NCBI GenBank assembly: GCA_902799185.1
Contig: CADBZO010000004.1
Location: 485-64,484 of the forward strand
Direction of reading: 5' to 3'
Source of the DNA: an uncultured Bacteroidales bacterium
Lineage (GTDB): Bacteria; Bacteroidota; Bacteroidia; Bacteroidales; Paludibacteraceae
Length of the DNA stretch: 64,000 nt
The notes under the pieces were generated by a model that saw nothing but the letters and a program-made list of their open reading frames with translations, was not told the DNA's origin and searched no databases. A program made the translations under genes and the position numbers. Positions 36,951 through 46,900 of this stretch are shown in pieces. Each line of letters begins with the position of its first letter. Position 1 is the first letter of the stretch.

Positions 36951-37790
36951 ATGGGGAGAACATTGTATAAATATTTGGATGTAACGGGAGCGAAATGTAT
37001 GGTAGCATATTCTAACCTGCAATTTACAAACGCATCCCAATTGAACGATCCTTTCGATTGCTCCCCATCCCTTATGGACTATTCCGATATTCCGGATTCC
37101 ATGACGCATGGATGGATACCCAAAGAGTGGTTAATGGAGAAAGAAGAAAGTGATGCTCTAAATTTACGAGACGCCACTTGGCTGTGCAGCCTGTCGAAAG
37201 TCAACGATTCTATGCTGATGTGGAGTCATTATTGCGCCAACCATCGCGGGATTTGTATAGGTCTGAACATGGATGAAGTTAAGAAGAATTATCCTCCGAT
37301 GTTTGGCACAATATATCTGGAACCGTTGGAATTTGAGGTAAAATACCAAGATATTGCGGAACGTCGGCCGTGTAACCAAGCATCATGGTACTTTCAATGG
37401 GAAACGAAAGACAAAAAATGGGAGTATGAGCAAGAGGTGAGATTAGTAGTCAAAGATCCTTCTGGCATGTATGCCGAACTAACGATGGAGCAAGCAGACC
37501 GAAAAGGAGAGATAGATTGGAGAGAGGTGCGCCACTACATGCCATTGAAAGGCGAATGTTTTGAATCTATCTATTTCGGCATACATGTAGATACGGAACT
37601 GAAGGAAAAAATCACCAATTATGCTCTTGTCAAACTAAATCCGAATATTAAAATCTACCAAATGAGTATAGATGAAAATGCTCTTCGTCTAAAACCAATT
37701 CTTGAGGAGATACAGATAGACAAGAACGCTCATCTCCCAATGCTCAAACCGGCAAAGAAAAAGTTTGTTTATAAAACATTTAGAATGTAA
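36951..37790 (+). CDS. DUF2971-family protein
   Basis: The N-terminus LYKYLDVTGAKCMVAYSNLQFTNASQLNDPFDC matches the DUF2971 hallmark (Y.Y......l....l.f.....fNDPfE). Confidence 0.65.
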   Translation: MGRTLYKYLDVTGAKCMVAYSNLQFTNASQLNDPFDCSPSLMDYSDIPDSMTHGWIPKEWLMEKEESDALNLRDATWLCSLSKVNDSMLMWSHYCANHRGICIGLNMDEVKKNYPPMFGTIYLEPLEFEVKYQDIAERRPCNQASWYFQWETKDKKWEYEQEVRLVVKDPSGMYAELTMEQADRKGEIDWREVRHYMPLKGECFESIYFGIHVDTELKEKITNYALVKLNPNIKIYQMSIDENALRLKPILEEIQIDKNAHLPMLKPAKKKFVYKTFRM

Positions 37791-37804
37791 ATAATATACC
37801 CAAA

Positions 37805-39352
37805 ATGGCAAAAAATACAACGACAAACACAGCCGACATCGGCTTTGAAAAACAAATCTGGGAGGCAGCTGACAAATTACGAGGCAATATAGATGCTTCC
37901 GAGTATAAATCCGTTATACTGGGACTCATCTTCCTGAAGTATCTTTCCGATCGCTTTGAGGAAGTATATAACAAGTTGCTGCTTGATCCATTGGCGGATT
38001 TTGAGGATAAAGACGAGTACTATGCCAATGAAGATGAAGAAGGCAATAGTGATCCTGTTTTTTATGTTCCCCAAGAAGCTCGTTGGTCAGTTATCTCGGA
38101 AGCTGCACATACACCGGAAATCGGAACGGTCATTGACAATGCCATGCGCCTGATAGAAAAAGAGAATGCCCGTCTAAAAGGTATTCTTCCTAAAAATTTT
38201 GCACGGCCGGAGTTGGATAAGCGCCGTTTGGGGGATGTGGTGGATATTTTCACTAATATCCGCATGAAGGAGCATGGCGATAGCAAGGATATTTTAGGGC
38301 GAACCTATGAATATTGCCTTTCCAAATTTGCAGAGGCAGAGGGTAAACTTGCAGGAGAATTCTATACCCCTGCCTGCATCGTCCGTACCTTGGTCGAGGT
38401 TTTGCAGCCTTTTAATGGGCGTGTTTATGATCCGGCTTGCGGTTCAGGCGGCATGTTTGTGCAATCTGCGCGTTTCATAAAGAACCATCAAGGTAATATA
38501 AAGAATATTTCTGTATTTGGTCAAGATAGCAACCCAACGACATGGAAGATGGCTCAAATGAATCTTGCCATTCGCGGAATAGAGGCTGATTTAGGGAAAT
38601 ACAATGCTGATACATTCTTTGATGACCAGCATCCTTTCTTAAAAGCAGATTATATAATGGCTAACCCTCCTTTCAATCTTAGTGATTGGGGTGCTGACAA
38701 ACTACAGGATGACCCAAGATGGAAATATGGAATTCCGCCTGCTGGAAATGCCAACTTCGCATGGCTACAGCATATGATTTATCACTTGTCTCCAGATGGG
38801 AAAATTGGTATGGTTTTAGCCAATGGTTCTTTATCTTCTCAAATAGGAGGTGAAGGGGATATACGTGCTAATATCGTCAAAGCAGATTTGATAGAGGGAA
38901 TAGTAGCATTACCATCTCAATTGTTTTACACTACAGGTATCCCTGTTTCATTATGGTTCCTTAACCGTCAGAAAAAACAAAAAGGAAAGGTTCTTTTTGT
39001 TGACGCCCGTAACTTAGGATCAATGGTAACTCGTAAACTGCGCGAACTTTCAGATGGGGAAGATGGAGATATCAACCGCATAGCCAAAACATTCCGAGAA
39101 TTTGAAGCTGGTACATTAGAAAATGAAAAAGGCTTCTGCGCTGTAGTAAATCTGGAGAGAATAGCAAAAGAAGATTACATTCTAACACCGGGACGCTATG
39201 TGGGAATTGCAGAGCAAAAGGATGATGGAATACCGTTTGAAGAGAAAATGGGAAAACTGACAAATGAACTTTCCGAATTGTTCGCTAAGTCACATGATTT
39301 AGAGGATGAGATACGGAAACAATTGGGCAATATCGGTTTTCCCTTTAAATAA
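37805..39352 (+). CDS. hsdM: Type I restriction-modification system methyltransferase subunit
   Basis: N-terminal HsdM_N-like LRGNIDASEYKSVILGLIFLKYLSD. AdoMet motif DPACGSGGMF. Catalytic NPPF. Confidence 0.9.
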   Translation: MAKNTTTNTADIGFEKQIWEAADKLRGNIDASEYKSVILGLIFLKYLSDRFEEVYNKLLLDPLADFEDKDEYYANEDEEGNSDPVFYVPQEARWSVISEAAHTPEIGTVIDNAMRLIEKENARLKGILPKNFARPELDKRRLGDVVDIFTNIRMKEHGDSKDILGRTYEYCLSKFAEAEGKLAGEFYTPACIVRTLVEVLQPFNGRVYDPACGSGGMFVQSARFIKNHQGNIKNISVFGQDSNPTTWKMAQMNLAIRGIEADLGKYNADTFFDDQHPFLKADYIMANPPFNLSDWGADKLQDDPRWKYGIPPAGNANFAWLQHMIYHLSPDGKIGMVLANGSLSSQIGGEGDIRANIVKADLIEGIVALPSQLFYTTGIPVSLWFLNRQKKQKGKVLFVDARNLGSMVTRKLRELSDGEDGDINRIAKTFREFEAGTLENEKGFCAVVNLERIAKEDYILTPGRYVGIAEQKDDGIPFEEKMGKLTNELSELFAKSHDLEDEIRKQLGNIGFPFK

Positions 39353-39378
39353 AATGCAGGCTGGTTCTTCAATGAGAG

Positions 39379-40404
39379 ATGATTTATTCACCCATAAAAA
39401 CATTGAAGAATATGAAAGAGAAACTAATTTTTGAAATCAGTAATGCAATGACGGATGTCTTGAGTGTTGAACAGATGGCGCAATTGAATGGTGTTCTTTT
39501 GCAGATCATTAGTCGCTATAATATAAGCGATGATTCCGCCTTTGTACAAGAAAACACAACATCCAACGACCGATTACTTGACATTTTCCTGTCAGCCAAA
39601 CAAGTGGAAGGATGCACAACTCCTACTATCCGTTACTATGGAGCAACTATCCGTCATTTCTTCCGTAAGATGCCAAAGAAAGTCACCAACTATACAACGG
39701 AAGACATCCGTGCCTATTTGGCGGTTTTCCAGCGGAAGCATAAATCAAGCAAAGTAACTATAGATAATATTCGCCGTATATTCTCTTCCTTTTTTGCTTG
39801 GTTGGAAGAAGAGGATTATATTATCAAAAGTCCGGTGCGACGCATCCATAAAGTAAAGACAGGAGCGCAAGTAAAAGAGGTGCTGACAGACGAGAATCTG
39901 GAAAACTTGAGAGACTCATGCGTCCAATTACGTGATATAGCCATGATAGACCTGCTTGCATCCACAGGAATGCGTGTTGGAGAGTTGGTAAAACTGAACA
40001 GGGAAGATATAAATTTTGCAGAGCGTGAATGTATAGTGTTTGGGAAGGGAAATAAAGAAAGAATTGTATATTTCAACGCCCGAGCCAAAATACATTTGCA
40101 ACAATATCTTACAACACGGCGTGATCGTAACAAAGCCTTATTTGTCTCGTTGGCACGTCCTCATTACCGTTTACAAATATCCGGTGTGGAAACTCGCTTA
40201 CGTAAAATCGGACAAGAGGCAAAAATAATGAGAGTGCATCCGCATAAATTTCGGCGTACATTGGCGACGATGGCAATAGACAAGGGAATGCCAGTTGAGC
40301 AGGTTCAGCGCTTATTAGGGCATGTCAAAATAGATACAACCATGCACTACGCTATGGTAAACCAGAATAATGTGAAACAATCACACCGCAAATATCTCAG
40401 TTAA
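39379..40404 (+). CDS. Tyrosine site-specific recombinase (XerC/D-like) embedded in the R-M locus
   Basis: STGMRVGELVKL (catalytic R box), HPHKFRRTLAT, and LLGHVKIDTTMHY (the H-x-x-x-x-x-Y end). An alternative ATG lies at 39412. Confidence 0.85.
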   Translation: MIYSPIKTLKNMKEKLIFEISNAMTDVLSVEQMAQLNGVLLQIISRYNISDDSAFVQENTTSNDRLLDIFLSAKQVEGCTTPTIRYYGATIRHFFRKMPKKVTNYTTEDIRAYLAVFQRKHKSSKVTIDNIRRIFSSFFAWLEEEDYIIKSPVRRIHKVKTGAQVKEVLTDENLENLRDSCVQLRDIAMIDLLASTGMRVGELVKLNREDINFAERECIVFGKGNKERIVYFNARAKIHLQQYLTTRRDRNKALFVSLARPHYRLQISGVETRLRKIGQEAKIMRVHPHKFRRTLATMAIDKGMPVEQVQRLLGHVKIDTTMHYAMVNQNNVKQSHRKYLS

Positions 40405-40407
40405 ATA

Positions 40408-41049
40408 ATGCGAACGCACCTTACATATCGCTTATGTTATCGACCTCGTAGAAAAAATACGCGGATAAATGATAATTTAGAACAACAAGCAATAGATCTT
40501 TTCGATTACATGTTTCCTTCTATAACAACTGGAAACTATAAAATTGGTGATTGGCTGAAACCAAAACGAGGAATAGGACTGTTAACAAAAGATACTATAT
40601 TGGGTGATGTGCCCGTTGTAGCAGGAGGATTGCGGCCTGCTGCATATCATAATAAGGCCAATACATTAAGTCCGGTCGTTACCATTTCTGCATCTGGAGC
40701 AAATGCAGGATATGTTGCATTATGGAATAAACCAGTTTGGTCTTCGGACTCATCCTATATAGATCCTTCACTAACACCTGATGTGTATTTTTGGTATGTG
40801 ATGTTAAAAAAACGACAAAAAGAAATATTTGATGCTCAAACAGGATCTGCACAACCTCATATATACCCGCAACACATTGCAGAACTGCCTATAAAGCAAT
40901 TGGAAAATGAGCAGATAATTAAATATACAGAACAAGTAACGCCATTATTTAAAATGATAGGCGATACAACAGAAGAAAATGTCAAATTAGCCCAACTTCG
41001 TGACACCTTATTACCCAAATTGATGTCAGGAGAACTCAAAATATCGTAA
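40408..41049 (+). pseudogene. hsdS: Half hsdS cassette (central conserved region + one TRD + C-terminal conserved region)
   Basis: Begins inside the central repeat (RINDNLEQQA) and ends LAQLRDTLLPKLMSGELKIS. It lacks the first target-recognition domain. Confidence 0.7.
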
Positions 41050-41086
41050 AACAGACTTATAAATTCTCATTTATGGAAGAGTGGAA
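40984..41086 (+). repeat. 103-bp direct repeat (hsdS 3' conserved region + spacer + MEEWK start), copy 1
   Basis: Identical to 42102-42204 except for one base. Confidence 0.9.
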
Positions 41087-42167
41087 GAAAGTAAAATTAG
41101 GCGAAATTACCAACATGAAGAATGGAAGGAAACGCCCACAAAGCAATGGTGTATTCCCTGTATATGGTGGCAATGGTATCATGGACTATACTGATTCTTA
41201 TAATGCAGAAAATGTAATCATAGTTGGACGTGTAGGTGCGTATTGTGGATGTGTCTATAAGTGTGAGAGTAAATGCTGGGTGTCGGATAATGCAATTTCG
41301 ATATCTGCAAAAGAAGTTGTTGATCCACTGTTCCTTTATTATCTCATGTCGACACTTGATTTACATCATCATCACATTGGCGGAGCACAACCTTTGATGA
41401 CACAAGATATTGTCGGTGATTTTGTAGTGTCAATACCTCCATTGTCAGTCCAGGATCAGATAGTGCAGATCCTTTCTTCTTTAGACGACAAAATCGAACT
41501 CAACCGACGGATAAATGATAATTTAGAACAACAAGCACAGGCATTATTTAAGTCATGGTTCGTAGATTTTGAGCCGTGGGGTGGCAAAATGCCAAACGAT
41601 TGGAAAGAGGGAACATTACTAGATATAGCAGATTATCTAAATGGACTTGCAATGCAGAAATATCCTTCAAAAGAAGGCTTTGTGTCTTTGCCAGTTCTTA
41701 AAATAAAGGAATTGAGACAAGGTTATTGTGACGACGCTAGTGACAGATGCACTTCTACTATATCTTCACAATACATCGTAAATGATGGGGACGTTATTTT
41801 TTCTTGGTCAGGAACATTGTTGGTTGATATTTGGTGCGGTGGGGTATGTGGATTAAATCAGCATTTGTATAAAGTAACCTCAAAAAGTTATCCGAAATGG
41901 TTTTATTTATATTGGACCATATCTCATTTAGAGAAATTTCGGCGGATAGCATCAGATAAAGCTGTTACGATGGGGCATATAAAACGAGGCGATTTGGAGA
42001 AAGCCAAAGTATTAATACCTCCTATTACCACCATAGTTACTCTTTCTAATCAAATTACTCCAATGATAGAAAATATTATTAATGTCAGGAAAGAAAATAC
42101 AAAATTAGCCCAACTTCGTGACACCTTATTACCCAAATTGATGTCAGGAGAACTTAAAATATCGTAA
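41073..42167 (+). CDS. hsdS: Type I R-M specificity subunit, complete (two TRDs)
   Basis: Layout is TRD1, central LDDKIELNRRINDNLEQQA, TRD2, then LAQLRDTLLPKLMSGELKIS. Confidence 0.85.
   Translation: MEEWKKVKLGEITNMKNGRKRPQSNGVFPVYGGNGIMDYTDSYNAENVIIVGRVGAYCGCVYKCESKCWVSDNAISISAKEVVDPLFLYYLMSTLDLHHHHIGGAQPLMTQDIVGDFVVSIPPLSVQDQIVQILSSLDDKIELNRRINDNLEQQAQALFKSWFVDFEPWGGKMPNDWKEGTLLDIADYLNGLAMQKYPSKEGFVSLPVLKIKELRQGYCDDASDRCTSTISSQYIVNDGDVIFSWSGTLLVDIWCGGVCGLNQHLYKVTSKSYPKWFYLYWTISHLEKFRRIASDKAVTMGHIKRGDLEKAKVLIPPITTIVTLSNQITPMIENIINVRKENTKLAQLRDTLLPKLMSGELKIS
41473..41537 (+). repeat. hsdS central conserved repeat
   Basis: A 52-bp stretch matches 42677-42729 with one mismatch. A 30-bp stretch is identical to 40462-40491. 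Confidence 0.9.
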
Positions 42168-42204
42168 AACAGACTTATAAATTCTCATTTATGGAAGAGT
42201 GGAA
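42102..42204 (+). repeat. 103-bp direct repeat, copy 2
   Basis: See 40984-41086. Confidence 0.9.
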
Positions 42205-42742
42205 AGAATACAGATTAGAAGAATTATGCAAAGGGAGAGGAACCTATGGTATAGGGGCTTCAGCAGTTCCTTATGATAAAAGTAAATATACTTATCTACG
42301 CATTACTGATATCAATGATGATGGAACTATAAATAAGAAAGGACTCTTATCTGTAGATTCACCCGAAGCATGTAATTATGTTCTTAGCAAAAACGATATT
42401 GTGTTTGCAAGAACAGGAAATAGCACAGGACGCTCTTATTTTTATGATGGAACAGATGGAGTATTAGTATATGCAGGGTTCTTAATCAAGTTTTCTTTGG
42501 ACGAAAAGAAAGTTAATCCGCGTATTTTGAAATATTACACGCATTCAAATAAATATTATGATTGGGTCAATTCTTTTAATACGGGTAGTACAAGAGGAAA
42601 CATAAATGCACAAACTTATGGAAATATGCCCATATTGCTACCTTCTAGAGCTATTCAAGATAAGATTGTATCTGTTCTTTCTTCTTTAGACAACAAAATC
42701 GAACTCAACCGACGGATAAATGATAATTTGATAGCTGCATAA
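42191..42742 (+). pseudogene. hsdS: Truncated hsdS cassette (one TRD + central conserved region)
   Basis: Starts MEEWKEY, ends LDNKIELNRRINDNLIAA-stop. There is no second TRD. Confidence 0.7.
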
Positions 42743-42743
42743 T

Positions 42744-43937
42744 ATGGAAGAGAATAATCATATGCAAGACGAAGAATACAAGGTTCAAACAGTTACTGAC
42801 TATTTGAACCAGATCACAGGTATTCGTAATAAGTTGATTGCAGAAGGTCGTTCGGATAACTTGTTTTTCCGAGGGCAAAGCAATTCAACGTGGGAAATAC
42901 GACCAAGTGTTTTCCGAGATTCTCTATTAAGTGTAGAAGATCTTATTATTCAACGAGCCATTGCACGTGCTCCCTATGAATTTGCAAATAGCAGCGCTAT
43001 AGAAGAATTAACAAAATTACAACATTATGGTTTACCTACGCGCTTGTTGGATGTTACAATGAATCCGTTAGTCGCGCTGTATTTTGCATGTGCGACTGAA
43101 AATAATAATAGCGCAACAGATGAGGAAATTCCCGATGGAGTCGTTTTCTATTGTACTGGATATGGAGAGTATAGTAATGCTGAGGATATAAAAATTCTTG
43201 CTTCGTTAGCTAAAATTAAAATTGATGGAAATATTACATTACAACAGCTTGCAGAAAATTTAGGAATTAAGGATCAAAAGAATGCTTTAAATTTTATTTC
43301 TCAATTACAAAGGCATGTGTTTGTAATGCCACATTACAGCAACAGCCGTATAATTAGTCAGAGTGGCGCATTTTTATTAACAGGAGCTATCAATGTTACA
43401 GAAAACGAGACGGATTTGTGGCAAAGTAAGGTGCAAAAAAGCGTTTGTAATTTGAACTCCATTTTTGCAGAACCCATACTGATTGACGGAAAAGAAAAGC
43501 AGAATATATTAAATGAGTTGGATTTCTTAAATATAAATGAAGGCTCTTTATTCCCAGAATTAGAACATCAAATGTCACACATCAAGCACACCGGTATTAA
43601 AGGTATTCAAGAATCAATTCCAGAATTCATTAAATTTGAAGTGTTAAAGCAAATGAACGTTGTCGAAGATACTGAAAAAGAAGACTTATATTTTACACCA
43701 TCAAAACAAGAAATACATAAAATTATTGAAAGATATATCAAAAACAAAGAACTTGAGGAACAGGTATACCAAATTATTGAAAGGAATACAATTTACCCTG
43801 ATTGGAATATAAAAGCTGCCGTATTGAGTTCAATGCAACTTTCTATAAGGAAACTCCTACAGAAGCAAGAAATAGGAATGGCAAAGGAAATAGCTCATAG
43901 TATTGTTAGAAAAGTAGCCGAAATGGATTATATATGA
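42744..43937 (+). CDS. FRG-domain protein
   Basis: LFFRGQSNSTWEIRPSVFR...LQHYGLPTRLLDVT matches the FRG-domain hallmark. The stop overlaps the hsdR start (ATGA). Confidence 0.7.
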   Translation: MEENNHMQDEEYKVQTVTDYLNQITGIRNKLIAEGRSDNLFFRGQSNSTWEIRPSVFRDSLLSVEDLIIQRAIARAPYEFANSSAIEELTKLQHYGLPTRLLDVTMNPLVALYFACATENNNSATDEEIPDGVVFYCTGYGEYSNAEDIKILASLAKIKIDGNITLQQLAENLGIKDQKNALNFISQLQRHVFVMPHYSNSRIISQSGAFLLTGAINVTENETDLWQSKVQKSVCNLNSIFAEPILIDGKEKQNILNELDFLNINEGSLFPELEHQMSHIKHTGIKGIQESIPEFIKFEVLKQMNVVEDTEKEDLYFTPSKQEIHKIIERYIKNKELEEQVYQIIERNTIYPDWNIKAAVLSSMQLSIRKLLQKQEIGMAKEIAHSIVRKVAEMDYI

Positions 43938-46900
43938 TGACATATAACGAAAATAACTACGAATATGCTGTGATAGCTTTATTTCAAGGAATGGGCTATC
44001 AACATCTCTATGGACCGGACATAGAGAGAGATTATTATGTTCCTTACTATGCAAAACAGTTGCAGCAAAGTTTGGAAACCATTAATCCCGATAAACCTTC
44101 TGCTGCAATACAGGAAGCAATTAGTAAGTTAAAGGATATTGATTCTCGTAATTTGGTTTTAGCCAATGAAACTTTTATGGATTATCTGCAACACGGAATA
44201 GAAGTTAGTTGGTTTGATGGTAAAGAACAAAAAAATGATCTGGTCTATTTAGTCGAATATGATCCGGAATTGATAAATAGAAACTCTTTTCTTGTTGTCA
44301 ATCAGTGGACCTTTGTAGAGAATGAAACGGAGAAACGCGCGGATATAGTGGTATTCATCAACGGACTACCTTTGGTCGTTATCGAACTAAAATCTCCATC
44401 AAGAGAAGAGACGGACGCTTCGGAGGCATATTTACAACTGCGGAATTATATAACCCAGATTCCATCATTATTCGTGTATAACGCGTTCTGCGTAATGAGC
44501 GACATGGCAATCTCCAAAGCCGGAACAATCACCAGTTCGGAAGACCGATACATGGAATGGAAAACGAAAACAGGAGAGTACGAAAGCAAAGCCCATGCCG
44601 ATTTTGATACTTTTTTTGAAGGAATGTTCCGCCGTGATTGGTTGCTTGACATCCTAAAGAATTTTATTTGTTTCTCTAAAGACGAAGCAGGCTCTGCCAA
44701 GATATTAGCGGGATACCATCAGTTCTTCGCCGTGCGTAAAGCCGTAGAGCGAACAAAATATGCCACACAGACAGAGAAGAAAGAGCATAAAGGGAAGATT
44801 GGCGTTTTCTGGCATACACAAGGTTCCGGCAAATCGTTATCTATGGTGTTCTATGCCCATCTACTACAGGCAGAGTTATCTCAACCAACCATTATTGTCA
44901 TTACCGACCGAAACGATTTGGATGATCAGTTGTATACGCAATTCTCCAAGTGTCAACATTTTCTTCGTCAAAAACCGGAGCAAGCCAGCAGCCGTGAACA
45001 TCTGAAACGGTTGCTTGCCGGGCGTGAAGCAAATGGCATCATCTTTACAACGATGCAGAAATTTGAAGAGTCTTCAGAAGCCTTGTCGATGAGACGCAAT
45101 ATAGTGGTCATGACAGACGAGGCTCATCGCGGGCAATATGGTTTTGAAGAGAAAGTGGATGCTAAAACCGGCAAGATATCTGTAGGTATTGCGAGAGTCA
45201 TCCATAATTCATTACCTAATGCTTCGTATATAGGCTTTACTGGTACTCCTATCTCCTTGAAGGATCGCGATACACAAGAGGTTTTCGGTGATTATATTGA
45301 TGTTTATGATATGACCCAGGCCGTTCTTGATAATGCGACCTGCCCGGTATTCTATGAATCAAGAGTTATCAACCTAAGATTGGACGAGAAAACCCTGAAA
45401 GCGATAGATGATGCATATGATCAATTAGAAGAAGAGGGCGCAACAACGGAACAGATAGAAAAGAGCAAAAAGGAAATGTCGCATCTGGAGGAACTATTGG
45501 GGGCTCCGGAAACGATAGACTCATTATGCCAGGATATAATACAACATTATGAAGAAAATCGTCAGTATGAGCTGACGGGAAAGGCAATGATTGTTGCCTA
45601 TTCGCGTCCAATAGCAATGAAGATTTATCACCGTATGTTGGAATTACGCCCCAATTGGACAGAAAAAGTTAAAGTGGTTATGACTTCGGGTAATCAGGAT
45701 CCCGAAGATTGGCATAAAATTATTGGCAACAGCCAATATAAGAAAGAACTCGCAAAACGCTTCAAAGACAATAGCGACCCGATGAAAATAGCCATTGTTG
45801 TTAATATGTGGTTGACGGGTTTTGATGTTCCTTCGTTGGCTACAATGTATGTATACAAACCGATGAAAGGGCATAATCTGATGCAGGCCATAGCACGAGT
45901 AAATCGTGTGTTCCAAGACAAATCAGGCGGTTTGGTGGTGGATTATATCGGTATTGCAAAGGCTCTCAAAGAAGCCATGCACGATTATACCAAACGCGAC
46001 AAAGACAATTATGGCGATACGGATATCAAAAAGACGGCATTGGTTAAATTTAGAGAGAAACTGGAGATATGCCGTGATATATTTCATGGGTTTGACTATA
46101 GTGATTTCCAAACAGGCACAGATGCAGATCGGGCTCTTATTATAAAGGGGGGTGTCAATTTTATGATGTGTCCCGAAAAGGGAGATGTGCTTCGAGTTTA
46201 CTTAAAAGAATCCTCTTTGTTGCATAGCGCGGTAACATTGTGCCGTAGCCTATTAGAGGAAGATGAACGATATGAAGCAGCCTTCTTTGAAACAGTGCGA
46301 ACATTGTTAAACCGTTTGAAAGGTAAAGGAAAAGTCTCCAAAAAGGAGATTAATGCCCACATAGGAGAACTCTTAAAACAAAGTGTTCATAGCGACGGAG
46401 TAGTAAATCTATTCTCTGATATAAAAGCGGAGTTCTCATTATTTGACGCTGCGTTCTTGGAAGAAATATCCAAGATGAAAGAAAAGAATATTGCCATTGA
46501 GTTGTTAAAACGGTTGTTGGCAGAAAGAGTACATCTGTATCAGAAAACCAATGTAATTCAGGCAGAGAAATTCTCGGATATGCTCAATGCATCACTCTCC
46601 AACTATTTGAAAGGGCTTTTGACGAACGAAGAAGTCATTCAAGAATTATTAAAACTGGCGAAGGAGATAGCAACATCCGAGGCACAGGGAAACGAATTGG
46701 GTTTGACGATGGAAGAAAAGGCATTTTATGATGCCCTGACACGTCCACAGGCCGTAAAAGATGTATATACCAATGAGCAACTGGTAGAAATGACGCATGA
46801 ATTGACTGACCAATTGCGTAAGAATAGAACCATAGATTGGCAAAAGAAAGAAACAGCACGCGCAGGTATGCGTAGAATGATAAAACGTCTTTTAAAGAAA

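Noticed and set aside
39379-40404. The tyrosine recombinase as the integrase of the tRNA-adjacent island or of the mutB insertion.
   Set aside because: It sits between hsdM and the repeated hsdS cassettes, the classical position of an hsdS-shuffling recombinase. It is about 5 kb from the tRNA and about 9 kb from the mutB repeat. This is not excluded experimentally.
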